A DNA stretch of 64,000 nt from Octopus vulgaris (Eukaryota): assembly GCA_951406725.2 (NCBI GenBank), contig OX597818.1, positions 94,178,001 to 94,242,000 of the forward strand, written 5' to 3'. The position numbers were made by a program, and so were the translations under genes. Numbering within the stretch: position 1 is the stretch's first letter; each line of letters begins with the position of its first letter. Shown here piece after piece: positions 40,951 through 54,752 of the stretch. The notes beneath the pieces were generated by a model. That model was not told the DNA's origin, searched no databases, and saw nothing but the letters and a program-made list of their open reading frames with translations.

Positions 40951-41386
40951 TTGAGCGAGAGAGTGATGCATGCTATCATAGTGACTCTGGGGTACAAATA
41001 TCTGAAGCCCAATATATCCATCATGACTACCCATCTGCTAAGGGTACACCAAGCACATGCATCACAACCATATGTGTTCAACATGGTGATCTCATATCAA
41101 GATAAACAGCTCATGACCTTGCAGTATTATCTACTTCTACTCATGATCAGAGATGCACATATTATCAGCCACTAAGGGACATGTCCAACTGGTTAAGTTC
41201 AAGCAACTGACAAGCAAATCCATGGTACTGAGCAGAATAAAGGTTGTTTAAGGATGTTGAACAAAACACCCATGTTTCCAGAGGTGAATTATTCAAACTC
41301 TAAAGAATTCCTCTCAACACATGGCTATGATGCACCCCAAATACTTCTCCTTGTGACAAGAGATGCACTTATCATCAGCCACCAAA

Positions 41387-41447
<61 letters not shown>

Positions 41448-41634
41448 TAGATATATATATATACACACACACACATGCATATAGAGAGATCTGTAAGATG
41501 AATTTGTTCATTTTTTTTTTCCTGCCATTTATTTGAATCCTTACTATCCTTCAGCTATTTTAAAAATAATAATAATAATAATTCTTTTTGTTATAGGCAC
41601 AAGTTCTGAAATTTAGACAGAGGGGGCTAATTGT

Positions 41635-42201
41635 TTGACCTTAACCAGTCGAGTATACCAGAGTGTCATGTTCATTGACACCACCCCTGGAGGTGAACTG
41701 GCGTATCGCTTTAGAAGGACCCTAGACAAACTTAAGCTAAGAATCAAGGTTGTTGAAAAGCCAGGCAACCCTATCAAATCTATAATTGGTAGAATCTATC
41801 CTTTTAGTAGAACCCCCTGTACGGATAAGTACTGTACTGTATGTAGATTTAGCCCACAAACAAACTGTAAAGCCAGAAATGTAGTCTATAGTATAAGATG
41901 TATAGAGGGACGATGCAGTAACAAGACAACGACATACATAGGGGAAATGGCAAGAAGCTTAGGAGAGCGGGTAAATGAGCATTGGAGACAACTCAAGGAA
42001 GGTAAAAGCTCATCAATTCTTTACCAACACGCTGAACAGGAACACGGGGAATCAATCAATAACATAGAAATTAAAATATTATCCACACATAGATCAGATG
42101 CAACAATTAGAAAAATTACAGAAGCTACACACATAATAGAAAATAAACCTAGCCTGAATAGAAAACTAGAATGGAGCACTAACACACACCACAACATATG
42201 A
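41635..42201 (+). pseudogene. Penelope-like retroelement C-terminal fragment (thumb-linker plus GIY-YIG endonuclease), 5'-truncated
   Basis: PC...CTVC...NCKARNVVYSIRC...YIGEMARSLGERVNEH...ILYQH...H...RKITEA..I..KPSLN. Confidence 0.9.
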
Positions 42202-42283
42202 CAATAGAGGATCCTGAAAACATAATAAATACACAGATAAATAAACTAATAGAAATAAATAGCTATATATATGTATATATGTA

Positions 42284-42356
<73 letters not shown>

Positions 42357-42705
42357 GATTTTTAAAAAAAATATATTTTTATATATATATTTTTTTCGAT
42401 TCGATTTATTATTATTATTACTAGTATTGTTGTTATACATACAAGCATTTGTAATGATAATAATAAGTGGATGTAAACTCATGAACAAAATAAGAATAAA
42501 CAAAAACAACAAAAACAAAATACAAATTACATGAACATATATAAACAGAAGATACAAATATTACAGGCATCCCCCCACATACACACACTAAATAAACATA
42601 AACGCACATAGAGATATAAGCATGCGCAAATGAAGACATACAATAGAAATACAAAATGGCTGACGGTTAGTAAGGAGAGACACAAATAAGAAAGAAGAAA
42701 ACAAA

Positions 42706-42750
42706 GGACCACTGATGCGGTCACAGGAGTGTGACGAAAGAACTCTGGCC
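42706..42750 (+). ncRNA. Hammerhead relic in the 3' repeat of the Penelope fragment
   Basis: CUGAUGC-G-GUCAC-aggagu-GUGAC-GAAAG-aacu-CUG; perfect 5-bp stem II, core mutated (A9C, N17=G). Confidence 0.55.
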
Positions 42751-43309
42751 GAAATAAGATTAAGATTAATGTAAAAAATAAATTACAATGAAGCAAAATA
42801 ACACCAAATATATAGTGCGTATGTTTTTATTGGCTAAACTGGCAAAATGACCATTCCGAAATATAACAATATCTGTTTCAACACACGACTTCACATAAAA
42901 AATCTTGCACAACAAATATTTAAACGTATATATATATATATATATATTGGCGTTAGGAAGGGCATCCAGCCGTAGAAACACTGCCAGATTTTGACTGGGC
43001 CTGATGAAGCCTTCTGGCTTCACAGACCCCAGTAGAACCGTCCAACCCATGCTAGCATGGAAAACGGACGCTAAACGATGATGATGATGAGGATGATATA
43101 TATATATATATAAAGATATAGATTTAGAGATATACACACTCACATACACATATACATATAAGTATATATATGTTACATACATATATGTGTATGTGTGTAA
43201 AAGTATATATGTATGTATATGTGTATATATATAAGCATACATACATGCATACATACATACATACATACATACATACATACATACATACATACGTACATTA
43301 CATACATAC

Positions 43310-43342
<33 letters not shown>

Positions 43343-43582
43343 CATACATTCTTCATAATATATTATATATTTCACAACTATTATATATAATCGCTTGTAT
43401 TAAATGTCTAAATACTTTAATGATATTAATAGTTTGACACTTATATACAAAGAGCACTCATTTTAAGTTCAGTATATCATATTCTCATAGAATATATTTA
43501 ATCAAGGATATATACATTCATATATATATGTACATATACCTATACAGACATACATACAAATATATAAATGATTAAGTGTATA

Positions 43583-43641
<59 letters not shown>

Positions 43642-43949
43642 GTACATGTATGTATGTATTTATGCATGTATGTTTATGGGTTTGCATATCTCCTTGTCTT
43701 ATCATTGTATGATAGTTCTAAATGGGTGCCACCATCATATTAGTAACATCATCCATTTTCAGTCTTTCATGAAAATTGTCATGCCATGATGTAATATTAT
43801 TTTTCTCGGAAAGAGGTGAGCATTGGAATCTGGAAAGGCATCCAACTATAAAAAAAATTATCCCAACAAACTCTGTTTGATCCATGGAAGCATGAAAATG
43901 TGGATGTTAAAATACTACTGCTGCAGTTGCTACTGCTGTGGTTACTACT

Positions 43950-44326
43950 GCTGCTGTTGAGTGAACGGTCTTCGTCCCAGAGCTCGCAAGATAAACGTGG
44001 TCCTTTGCTATTCGTAAGACCCGCAGAAGAGAAAGCAGGTCACCCCCCCCCCCCCCGTCACTGAGAGCATCGACGGATGGATGAATGCACATCTAGGCTC
44101 AGTGGTTGCGTAGGAAGTCGGGGATAAGAAACAGGAAGAAAGAATGAGAGAAAGTTGGAGCGAAAGAGTGCAACAGGGGTCGCCACCCCCACCACCCTGC
44201 CGGAGCCTCGTGGAGCTTAAGGTGTTTTCGCTCAATAAACACACACAACGCCCAGTCTGGGAATCGAAACCGCGATCTTCCGACCGCGAGTCCACTGCCC
44301 TAAACACTGGGCCATTGCGCCTCCAC
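43950..44326 (-). mobile_element. SINE family C (tail type 2)
   Basis: Reverse complement match to 34429-34804. Confidence 0.9.
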
Positions 44327-45339
44327 TTGCTACTGCTGCTGACTGTCATGATGATGGTGAGAATGATGAGGATGACTGTGACAGAGCAGATTGTTCTCAC
44401 TATGTTGACCATACCAGTGATATTCTCCTGCTTGTTTATTTCTTTTTTCTTTTATATTTGTTGTTTCATGTTCATTCTGCCTCAGCCAGAATATACATAT
44501 ATTGATTGATCAACCAAAGGACAGATTGAACTCATATCCAATAGCTAAATTACTACACTGAACAATTGACACTTAAACAACATTACTGAATATGACAGAC
44601 ACTTGAAGCAGGCTGAAGAGTGCAATGGCTGAAAATTTGTAACCATAACAACCGAAATGAGCACATTAGTCTCAATATAACAATTTATAATAATGCTAAT
44701 TCTACAGTTTAGAAATTCAGAGAAAATGCTTAAGAATATGTATTCAGTAATTTGCTTAGCTAACTCAGCTGGGTCAGAGGTGAAGTTTATTTGCTGCCAG
44801 AGTAAGTGTAAAATTAGCACAGAACCAATCAGCTAACCTCATGGGCCACAAGTGTCAGGAAGCAGGCTGTCACATAGTATGTGGAGATGTGGCGGTATCT
44901 GTTATTATATAGTGATTGGGTTATTTGATTGGTGCAGAGATGGTTAGAATTAGGAATGTCTAGGTTTGGAGATGAGACAGAGACCAAGAGTGTTTCGGGT
45001 ATTTGTATGTTCATCCCTAGTGCAAGTAGATGGTGGTATTAATTGTTGCACAGATGTCATGATTGCAAAGAATTCAACAGCAATGATACGGGAAAAGTTG
45101 AAGAACATTGCTGGGTGCATGCTTAGGAAATTTGCTTTGCAACTACTATATGGTTTCAGGTTCAATCCTGGTGCATTGCATATTGGGCAAGTGTCTCTTA
45201 CTATCGCCTAAGGTTGAGGAAAACCCTGAAAGTGAATTTGGTAGACAGGAACCAAAAGGAGTCAATTGTATGTACAAACACATACACACAATGATCTGAT
45301 CCATATATATACAGACCCCCCCCCCATATATATATATAC

Positions 45340-45437
<98 letters not shown>

Positions 45438-45522
45438 TTCGAGACAAAACCACTATTTTGCAAAACAAACAAGGAAAGACTTAATCAATACATAAAAATT
45501 TTTAATATAAAGAAATAAACCG

Positions 45523-45565
45523 CCACTACAATCGTTTCATGTCTTCAATGACATTCGTCAGGTGG
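45523..45565 (-). ncRNA. Type I hammerhead ribozyme, core intact
   Basis: ccac-CUGACGA-AUGUC-auugaa-GACAU-GAAAC-gauu-GUA-gugg; stems I and II pair perfectly; lies in a ~240-bp island (45430-45670) between (TA)n tracts. Confidence 0.85.
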
Positions 45566-45671
45566 ATTTTCGATCTCCTAATCTGTTTTAATTTATTTTA
45601 CTATAAAATTGGATTTAATCCTAAATCTGATTTTTTTCCCTGTAAATTTGGATTTATTCCCTAATATTTAT

Positions 45672-45725
<54 letters not shown>

Positions 45726-45783
45726 GCATATATATATATATATATATATACATATATATACATACATATACATACATACATGC

Positions 45784-45836
<53 letters not shown>

Positions 45837-46047
45837 TATATATATGAAGTTTCAAATGGAAAGAGATTGCTCTTTCACAGGGATGTATTTTATCCAAGCG
45901 TATCCTGGAAGGTAAGAAAATGAAATGTTTGCAAGCAATATGAATGTAACTATTATATATATAAATTGATTTTTTCTGTGTTCAAACTCTCCATTTTCCT
46001 TATATTATATTGTGTGTGTGTGTGAGTGTGTGTGTGAGTGTGTGTGT

Positions 46048-46093
<46 letters not shown>

Positions 46094-46142
46094 CAGAGGA
46101 TGAATGGAGGAAAAGAGCATTCAACACTTGTAGGAGTGACAT

Positions 46143-46312
46143 TTATCACTTAAAGCTGTTTGATATGGTTCCATGTGACTCACAGTTCGCAAGCTTCTAA
46201 CAGAAGCCTGTCTCTTTCAGGCTTTGAATTAAGCTTGAAAGATATGGGCTTCTGTTAGAGGCCTGTGAAACTTTAAGCCACATGAAACCGTATCAAACTG
46301 TTTTAAATAATA
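46143..46312. mobile_element. Imperfect ~170-bp palindrome (foldback MITE-like)
   Basis: gtttgatatggttccatgtg...ctaacagaagcc / ggcttctgttag...cacatgaaaccgtatcaaac, centre near 46227. Confidence 0.75.
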
Positions 46313-46334
46313 TATATATGTATATACATATTAC

Positions 46335-47030
46335 AAATGGGGAAGGCCGGTTTATGGGATTACCTTTGGTTTCCCGTCCATAAAGGGTTTAGCTTTATGG
46401 CGTATTGTCAGATCCCGAAAACCTGTTGGCCTATGACCTCCTAAAAATATGGAGGGGGAAAAGCCTCACTACTCAAGGGTAACAATTGGGGATTATCTCC
46501 CTTTGCTATTGGCTATCGACTTCTGGCTGTGCCGCCATCTAGTGAGATCCAAAAACTAGCAGGAACCTTCCAAAATGTAAACACAGCCTGATAATCTCCA
46601 TTCTGGAATGAAGTATGTTCCTGGTTTAAGTGAGTTTTTTAAGATTCTCATGCATTCAGCTATGCATAAATTGCATTGTTTCATCCCATTGATATAGGGG
46701 CCTTGGTTCTCAAGGATTTTCCATGCAATCAAGTATGGAATCCCATCGTCTATTAGTTGCCAGATGTGGCTGGCCAGTGAAGCTATGTATCTCCTTTCTG
46801 GAGCTCTGAAGAAGAACCTGTGGTTGGAGAGCATTCAAGCAATGTCTCGAACCAATAGCAAAAGGAGAAAACTCCCTAATTGTTACCCTTGAGTAGTGAG
46901 GCATTTCCCCCTCCATATGTTTAAGAGGCCATGGACCAACAGGTTTTTAGGATCTGATGATACATCATAAAGCTAAACCCTTTATGGACTGGAAACCTAA
47001 GGTAATCCCATAAACCGGCCTTCCCCATTT
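46335..47030 (-). mobile_element. 5'-truncated Penelope-like element with inverted pseudo-LTRs
   Basis: Inverted repeats 46335-46512 and 46852-47030; internal NHRFFFR..SLASHIWQL...IAWKIL...PY.NG.KQCNLCIAE is a PLE GIY-YIG C-terminus. Confidence 0.85.
46950..47008 (+). ncRNA. Type I hammerhead with long stem II (counterpart with CUGACAA at 46357-46415, minus strand)
   Basis: ggau-CUGAUGA-..cauaaag-cuaaacc-cuuuaug..-GAAACC-uaa-GGUA-aucc; base of stem II is imperfect. Confidence 0.7.
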
Positions 47031-47097
47031 TAAAGATATACTGCTCTACATCTTAGAATGTGCTTCTTCATTCGGATTTATGTTTTTCACTAACGAT

Positions 47098-47795
47098 ATA
47101 TCATCATCATCATCATTAAATGTCCACTGTCCATGTTGGCATGGATTGGATGGTTTGATTGGGATGGCATGCTGGAAGGCTGCGCTAGGCTCCAGTCTGA
47201 TTTGGCATGGTTTTCTACAGCTGGATGCATTTCCTAATGCCAACCACTCCGAGAGTGTAGTGGCTGCTTTTAGGTGCCACAAGCATGGGTGCCATTTGCA
47301 TTACACTGGTATCTTCCATGACAACGATTTTGCTTGGCTTGATGGGTTTCTTCTCAAGCACAACATAATGCCAAAGGTCTTGGTCATTGCCTCCGTAAGG
47401 CCCAACACTTGCATCTGTGAGGCCCAACACTCAAAAGGAACTCAGCCACTTACCTCCATGTGACCCAATGCTCGAAAGGAACTCAGCCACTTTGCCTCCA
47501 TGAGGCCCAACGCTCAAAAGGAACTCAGCCACTTACCTCCATGAGGCCAATGTGCCACCAGCATGGGTGCACTTGGCTTGATGAGTCCTTTTAAGCAGAG
47601 CACATCGCCAAAGGTTTCGGTCACTAGTCATTGCCTCTGTGAGGTTCAAAGTTCAAAGATATGGTTCACCACTTCGTCCCATGTCTTCCTGTATCTACCT
47701 CTACCACAGGTTCCCTCCACAGTTAAGATCAGCACTTCTTTACACAGATGTCTGTGTCCATACGCATTACATGACCATACCAGTGCAATCGCCTC
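47098..47795 (-). mobile_element. RTE-clade LINE 3' end
   Basis: LTVEGTCGRGRYRKTWDEVV (RTE C-terminal G-x-R-x-RGRP-x-K-x-W motif), 3' UTR with three ~42-bp tandem repeats (47418-47547) and (GAT)n tail. Confidence 0.8.
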
Positions 47796-47798
47796 CCT

Positions 47799-47839
<41 letters not shown>

Positions 47840-48424
47840 CACAAACACACACACACATGGATGCACACACACACTTTAAAATCTGGATGAATGAATGTGC
47901 TCAAATTGATGGAAATGTAAAGTTACTGCATTCAGTTCATGTGTATCTCATGAAAGTGCATCAAACGTGCAACACTAGTGGCATAAACTGTGTTGTAAAT
48001 GATATTCATTAATGTAAATGAATTAGATTATTGAAAATATGCATTTTTGGCAATATATCCAGACTTAACAGTCACCCTGCTTTGAGAACATTATCATGAA
48101 TATTAGCAGAAACATAATTACACATTTATCAAAATAGGCTACCAGTTTCATTTGTTAAAACAATTTAATCCTGCAAAAAGAAAAGGGAGAAGTGAGTTAA
48201 ATTTAATAAATCTTTCATGATAGCATTTTGAAGGTTTACAAAATTTGAATCATAGTGATCATATTATAATTATTGGCTGTTGGGTCATATTATAACAATT
48301 GAAACCAAGAACATATTTTGATAAAAATGTAAATATTTTCCTCCTTATTACAATAAAGCACTTGGAGTGTTTTCTCCTTTCGTTTTGTTTATAATATTAT
48401 TCAGGTGAAACTTTTTGACTTTTT

Positions 48425-50093
48425 CAGTATCATCTTCATCATCATTTAATGTCTATTTTCTATGCTGGCATGGATTGGCTGATTTAACAGGGGCTGATGA
48501 GCTAGAGGGTTACGCTAAGCTCTAATGTTTGCTTTGGGGTGCCCTTCCTCACACAAACTACTTTAGAGAGTGTATTGAATACTTTTTACATGGTACTGGT
48601 ACTAGTGAGGTTACTTAAACTGAGGTAGCTGGGGTACTACTATTGAGGGAAGTGGCTTATGCCAGGTGATGAGATGTTAAAGTATGATAGCAGTCTATAA
48701 AGAATGTCTTGTTGTAGAGATGATACATGGTTACCCCAGTTGGAAGAGAAAGAGAATGGTTGTGAAGTTACTGGAAAGTGAGTAAAGAGAAGCGGTAGGG
48801 GTGGGTAAGTAAGTTTGTGAGAAGGTGAAAGACTATTTCTAAGGATCCTCCTGAAAATTCAAGGAAATCTGTTTCCTGAGATTTTGGCATTTATTCTTCC
48901 TGCTCATATGCTGCACACAAAGACTACTTTCTCTCTCTATTAACCTTGCTGTGATTCTACTTCATTGCTTGTGTGTCCACAGCTTGTACTGGATAAACCA
49001 TATGGAATTTCTATCCAGATCTTTTCTGCACATTGAATAGGGCCATTTCACCGAAGGGAAATGTAATTTATCTGATTTCATGCTTACTTGGACTTTTGGT
49101 CTTTCCTAAGTTTACTCTAAGGCCTTTTGATTCCAGATTTTGCTTTCACATCTGTTATTTAAAAAAAATTATTCTACTATAGTTTTAACTATAAGGACAA
49201 GGTCATCAGCTTAGAGGATATCCCAAAGCCATCAAGTCTTAAACTCCTCTGTTATGGCCTTGAGGACTATGATAAGAGCTGGCTGAGAACCAAGCTATGG
49301 TGAACTCCTACCTGCACATTAAATTTGTTGATGATTTTCACCTTACTGGCAGTGCCTCTATGCATGGCTTGAAAGCTTTCATTAGTCATTCATCTACCCC
49401 TAGCTTCTGCAGCAACCACCTGAGGAAAGTGTGAGGGACCTTGTCAAAGGCTTTCTCCTGAAGTTGCTTTACTAGGAAAATAGCATCAATAATGCTTCTC
49501 CCTGGCACAAAATCAAACAGTATCTTATCTAGACTAACACTAATAAGTTGAGCTATAGTCCTTTCTGTAACTTTCGTGACCTGGCCCAGCAATTTGATAC
49601 CTTTATAATTACTTCTGCTTAAGGTGTCTCATTTTCCTTTGCAGCAGTTGACCATAATGCTGTTACACCAGTCATTGGGCATAACCTCTTCCTGTAAAGC
49701 CTGATGCACTATACAGGTGACTAGGCTGTATTCCACTCCACCAGATATTACAAGTATCTTAGTAGTTATTCCCTATGGACCAGGAGCTTTCCCTGTTTCC
49801 ATATCCTTAATTGCATTAGCTATCATACTGTTGTCAACTTGGATAGCTGGTCTCTTTGTTGAGTCTATACATTCTCTTCATTTAGTAATCTTTCAGTGTC
49901 ACTTCTACACGTCTTTCTTTTTAAAATCACTAAGGCACAGGAGTGGCTGTGTGGTAAGTAGGTTGCTTACCAACCACATGGTTCTGGGTTCAGTCACACT
50001 GCTTGGCACCTTGGGCAAGTGTCTTCTACTATAGCCTCGGACTGACCAAAGCCTTGTGAGTGGATTTGGTAGACGGAAACTGAAAGAAACCTG

Positions 50094-50143
<50 letters not shown>

Positions 50144-50580
50144 GTATATGTATGTATGGTGTATTTATGCCCCTGTAACTTAGCGGTTCAACAAAAGAGT
50201 CCGATAGAATAAGTACTAGGCTTACAAAGAATAAGTCCTGGGGTCGATTTGCTCGACTAAAGGCAGTGCTCCAGCATGGCTGCAGTCAAATGACTGAAAC
50301 AAGTAAAAGAGTAAGTGTTTGTGAATCATTATCCATTGGTACATGCTTCTTTCCTACTTCATTATGATTTTCTCTGACACACTGTCTTACAATCCTCTTC
50401 GCTTCATGCCATATAATGTTGACAAATCATTCCCTTTCTGCTTCTTCCTCATCTAGTGGCTACCACCACTCTTCCAGTCCTTCTAGGATTGTTATTTTGG
50501 CTATTATAGCACTCTCTACATCACTGTTCCAGCACCATGTTACTCTTGGTCTGGCTGGAACTTTGCATCAGTCACAGATT
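48425..50580 (-). pseudogene. Old, fragmented RTE-clade LINE (RT region)
   Basis: FDFVPGRSIIDAIFLVKQLQEK..AFDKVPH..LRWLLQKLGV (RT domains 2-3), KAPGPYGI and ADDLVL-like motifs; interrupted by a SINE. Confidence 0.8.
49933..50313 (+). mobile_element. SINE family A
   Basis: Consensus match with internal deletion after the TA linker. Confidence 0.85.
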
Positions 50581-50586
50581 TATACA

Positions 50587-50644
<58 letters not shown>

Positions 50645-51051
50645 AAGAGAGAGAGATATACACACTTATATGTGGATTGATCTCAGGTGGTTTTTGTAAT
50701 GGTTATACAGTTGTTCAATGATCAATTAAGAACTACCTGCTCACTGAATTAGTGTGTAAGGCCTGAACATTCCCATATGCGTGTGAATGTCTCCTTGACT
50801 TACTATCATGTGTTAGTTGTAAAATGAACTTCACTGTTATACTGTGCTGCTCATTTGCAATCTTCCGTGAAAACCTATCTAACCATAGTAAGAAATATCA
50901 CTTTCCTTGTAAACAGGGAAGGGTTAGCAATGGGAAGAGCATCCAGCCATAGAAAATTTGTTTCAACAAATTTCATCTGACCCATGCAAGCATGGAAAAA
51001 TAAATATTAAAACAATGATGGGAAACAATAATGATATAATATAATTTGGTA

Positions 51052-51112
<61 letters not shown>

Positions 51113-51295
51113 ATGATTCCCGTCTTTTGGAAAGAGAGCAACTGGGAAATTTCTTCAATATTCAGTCCTGATAATCACATCATCATACACAGATCATAGA
51201 ATCAATATTTCAATAAAGATTGTTCATGCTGAATTTCAAATTATGTCACACATTACCCTGACCCATTGTAATTGTATGTAAATTTAGTCAAAGTA

Positions 51296-51326
<31 letters not shown>

Positions 51327-51979
51327 CTCACACAAACACAACTAGCACACAGGGATACAATGTCAATACAAGAAGATACATACACACACATGCACTGAAC
51401 ACATACTCACACACACAAACACACAGATACATGTATATTTAATGTGTATATGTATGTTTATGTGTGTGTGTATGTATATATATATTCGTATATGTATGTA
51501 TCCAATCAAATTACCAGTGTATATTTTTAACAATACATTCACTACATAATCTTGAATGTGTAATTAAAGATCAAGTAGAAATACTGAGCGAGAAAGAGAG
51601 TGAGAGAGAGAGAGAGAGAGGGAGAGAGAGAGAGAAGGAAAGATATTAAATCAACATATAACATTCAAATTATTGTAACTCTATGGATTTGCTATTTTAT
51701 GATTTTACAAGTGTACTGGGTCTTGCAGCCATTTGGTTAGTTATTGGTTTCTAGTGAATATTAAAGCAGAAAGAACAGGGTTTTGATAATGAATTTTGGT
51801 TAAATGTCACCAAAATATCTGAGATGATTTTTATTTTATTAACTGAACTATTAATGTAATCTTTTAAACATGCAATCTCACTCACACACACACACACATT
51901 CGCACCCCCCACACAGACTCACACACACACACGGTGGTGGCAGTTTTTTTTTCTTTCGAAGAAGACTACCTACCAGTAG

Positions 51980-52281
51980 TGGAGGCATGTGGCCTAGTGG
52001 TTAGAGCAGTGGACTCGCGGTTGAGGGATCGCAGGTTCAAATCTCAGACCAGGTGATGTGCATGTTTATGAGTGAAACACCTAAGCTCTACGTCGCTCCG
52101 GCAGAAGGTAATGGCGAACTTCTGCTGACTCTTTTGCCACAACTTTCTCTTGCTCTTTCTTCCTGCATCTTGCAGCTCACCTGTGACAGACCGGCGTCCC
52201 ATCCAGGTGGGGAACCTATATGCCAAGGAAACCAGGAAACTGGCCCTAATGAACCAGGTATGGCTCGAGAAGGAACAAACA
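51980..52281 (+). mobile_element. SINE family C-related (tail type 4)
   Basis: 12-bp TSD acctaccagtag. Confidence 0.9.
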
Positions 52282-52857
52282 ACCTACCAGTAGAATTGAA
52301 GCTGTGACAGTCAGCACTTGAATACTTGTCATCTCTTTTCTATTACTTCACAGCTTTTCTTTTTTCCTGTGCTTAATAGTTTTTAAGTGAGAGTCAGTCT
52401 ATGAAATCTGATCTCACTCTACATTTGAAGGTCTGACCACTTGACTCAGTGAGCTAAAAAGGCTGTGATGACCAGCAAACTGTAGCTTTTACATTCGAGG
52501 GGGTCTTCTTCTATGTGAATGGCCTTTCAAGACCAGAGAGCTCCACCTATCTTAGAGTTGCCTTATCAGTGTCAAAGAGGGTACAAGACCACCTGAGGGT
52601 TTTTCTTCCCTGATTTGCTGTTGAGGTTTTTCCCTTCCTAGGTTTTTCCTTTTTCAAGGCATTCACAAGGCGATAAAGGTTTGTGCTTGGAGTTTCTCTC
52701 ATAACATGCAAATTAAACCATTACTGGGACCCTGACAGGTGCTGCTATTCTGGGTTTGAGTATACCTGGAAACAATAGTAGCTAAGTAGTGGTTCCACAC
52801 TCTTCAAAATGCTAAAATTCTTGCATCAGGGCCCCACTACCAGGTGCGATTTATAGC

Positions 52858-53131
52858 CATACATACATACATACATACATACATACATACATACATACAT
52901 ACATACGTACATACATACATACATACATACATACATACATACATACATACATACATACATACATACATACGTACATACATACATACATACGTACGTACAT
53001 ACATACATACATACATACATACATACATACATACATACATACATACATACATACATACATACACACATACACACATACATACATACATACATACATACAT
53101 ACATACATACATACATACATACATACATACA

Positions 53132-53160
<29 letters not shown>
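52858..53160. repeat. (TACA)n microsatellite, ~300 bp
   Basis: Direct reading. Confidence 0.97.
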
Positions 53161-53167
<7 letters not shown>

Positions 53168-53543
53168 GGCTTCAAATAATCAGAATCAGAAAGAAACATG
53201 CATATATACACAAATGCACACACATGCAGAATTTAGTGTGTGTAATTGCAATCACTAAAGATGACATGCAACTGATACACCTGACAAATCACTTCCTTCA
53301 GGTATTGACTCAATATTTTAGTCATGAATTTTCTAATCTCATCAAACAAGAGAATATACAGTACGCAATTCCAGCCCAAAGTACAATGAAATAATTTAGC
53401 CAGACATATAAAGCCATACCTGTTAACATTGAACTGTTTCCATCACAACTACTAATGTTTGAAAGATTCTGCACAAAAGTTATACCACACCTTGCAGATT
53501 CTTCGCCAAATTTTAACCTAGTCAAGAATCACTAGAACATTAA

Positions 53544-53765
53544 CCCTTTCGTTACCAACCTGGCTGTAACCGCCTCTGGCACTGTAGTACAAATGTCTTG
53601 ATTTTGTAATTTTTAAATTAAAATCTTCCACCAAACTTTAGTCACAATTTATGTTCCTAACACTTGCTGAATGATAACTAAGTTATTTTACTGAATTCTT
53701 TGTTATATTTAAAATTAATTGAAAGAAACACAAAACACCTCAAAATAAATTCAGTAATTAAAGGG
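53544..53765. mobile_element. piggyBac-like MITE
   Basis: TTAA|ccctttcgttac ... gtaattaaaggg|TTAA. Confidence 0.8.
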
Positions 53766-54049
53766 TTAAAAAGTGGAGTTATAACATGCATTTGTGAATT
53801 ATCTAACAAAGCAAAAACTGGGAAGCTGCATTCACCTTGGACAAGTATCCTCTACTATAGCCTCAGGTGAACCAAAGTCTTGTCAGTGGATTTGGGTGAC
53901 AGAAATTGAAAGAAACTCAAGGTGCCATGCTGAGGAACTGAACCTGAGATCATGTGGTTGGAAAGCAAATTTCTTACTACACAGCTACGACTGTGCCTTT
54001 CATGCCATGTTTGCACACACACACACACACATCTATATGTCTATATTCT

Positions 54050-54432
54050 TTTATTCTTTTATTCATTTATTTGGTTCAGTCATTTGATTGTGGCCATGCT
54101 AGAGTACTACCTTAAGGGATTTTAATCAACCAAATCGACCTCAGGACTTACTCTTTGTAAGCCTAATACTTATTCTATCGGTCTTTTTTGCTGAACCGTT
54201 AAGTTACAGGGACATAAACACACCAACATCTGTTGTCAAACACACAAATACATATACATATGTATATACAACAGACTTCTTTCAGTTTCCATCTACCAAA
54301 TCTACTCACAAGGCTTTGGTTGACCTGAGGTTATAGTAGAAAACACTTGCCCAAGGTGCCATGCAGTAGGACTGAACCCAGAATCATGTGGTTGGGAAGC
54401 AAGCTTCTTACCACACAGCCATGTCTACACCT
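54050..54432 (-). mobile_element. SINE family A (second partial copy at 54760-54912)
   Basis: Consensus match. Confidence 0.8.
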
Positions 54433-54696
54433 ATATATATTCTTATGAATTAACCCCGAAATTGGGACCAATACGGTAATAATGGAATTTTTTAGAAATT
54501 TCTATCGGCATGTTTCAAGACGCATAAATTAAAATGGTTATTGACAATTTTGTCTATTTTTTCGGCATATTTGGCATTAGAATTTTTCTTTTGCCCTTAT
54601 TTTGTAAGTTATTTATAAATTTAACCTTTAAAGGTATTTTTTGATATGCTGGCCATTGATAAAATTTTTTTCGAAAAAAATTTTATCCTACATTAG

Positions 54697-54752
<56 letters not shown>

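Noticed and set aside
47418-47547. Regular ~42-bp repeats (also ~34-bp repeats at 78-322) as a CRISPR-like array
   Set aside because: Head-to-tail repeats without unique spacers, in a eukaryotic LINE UTR or minisatellite.
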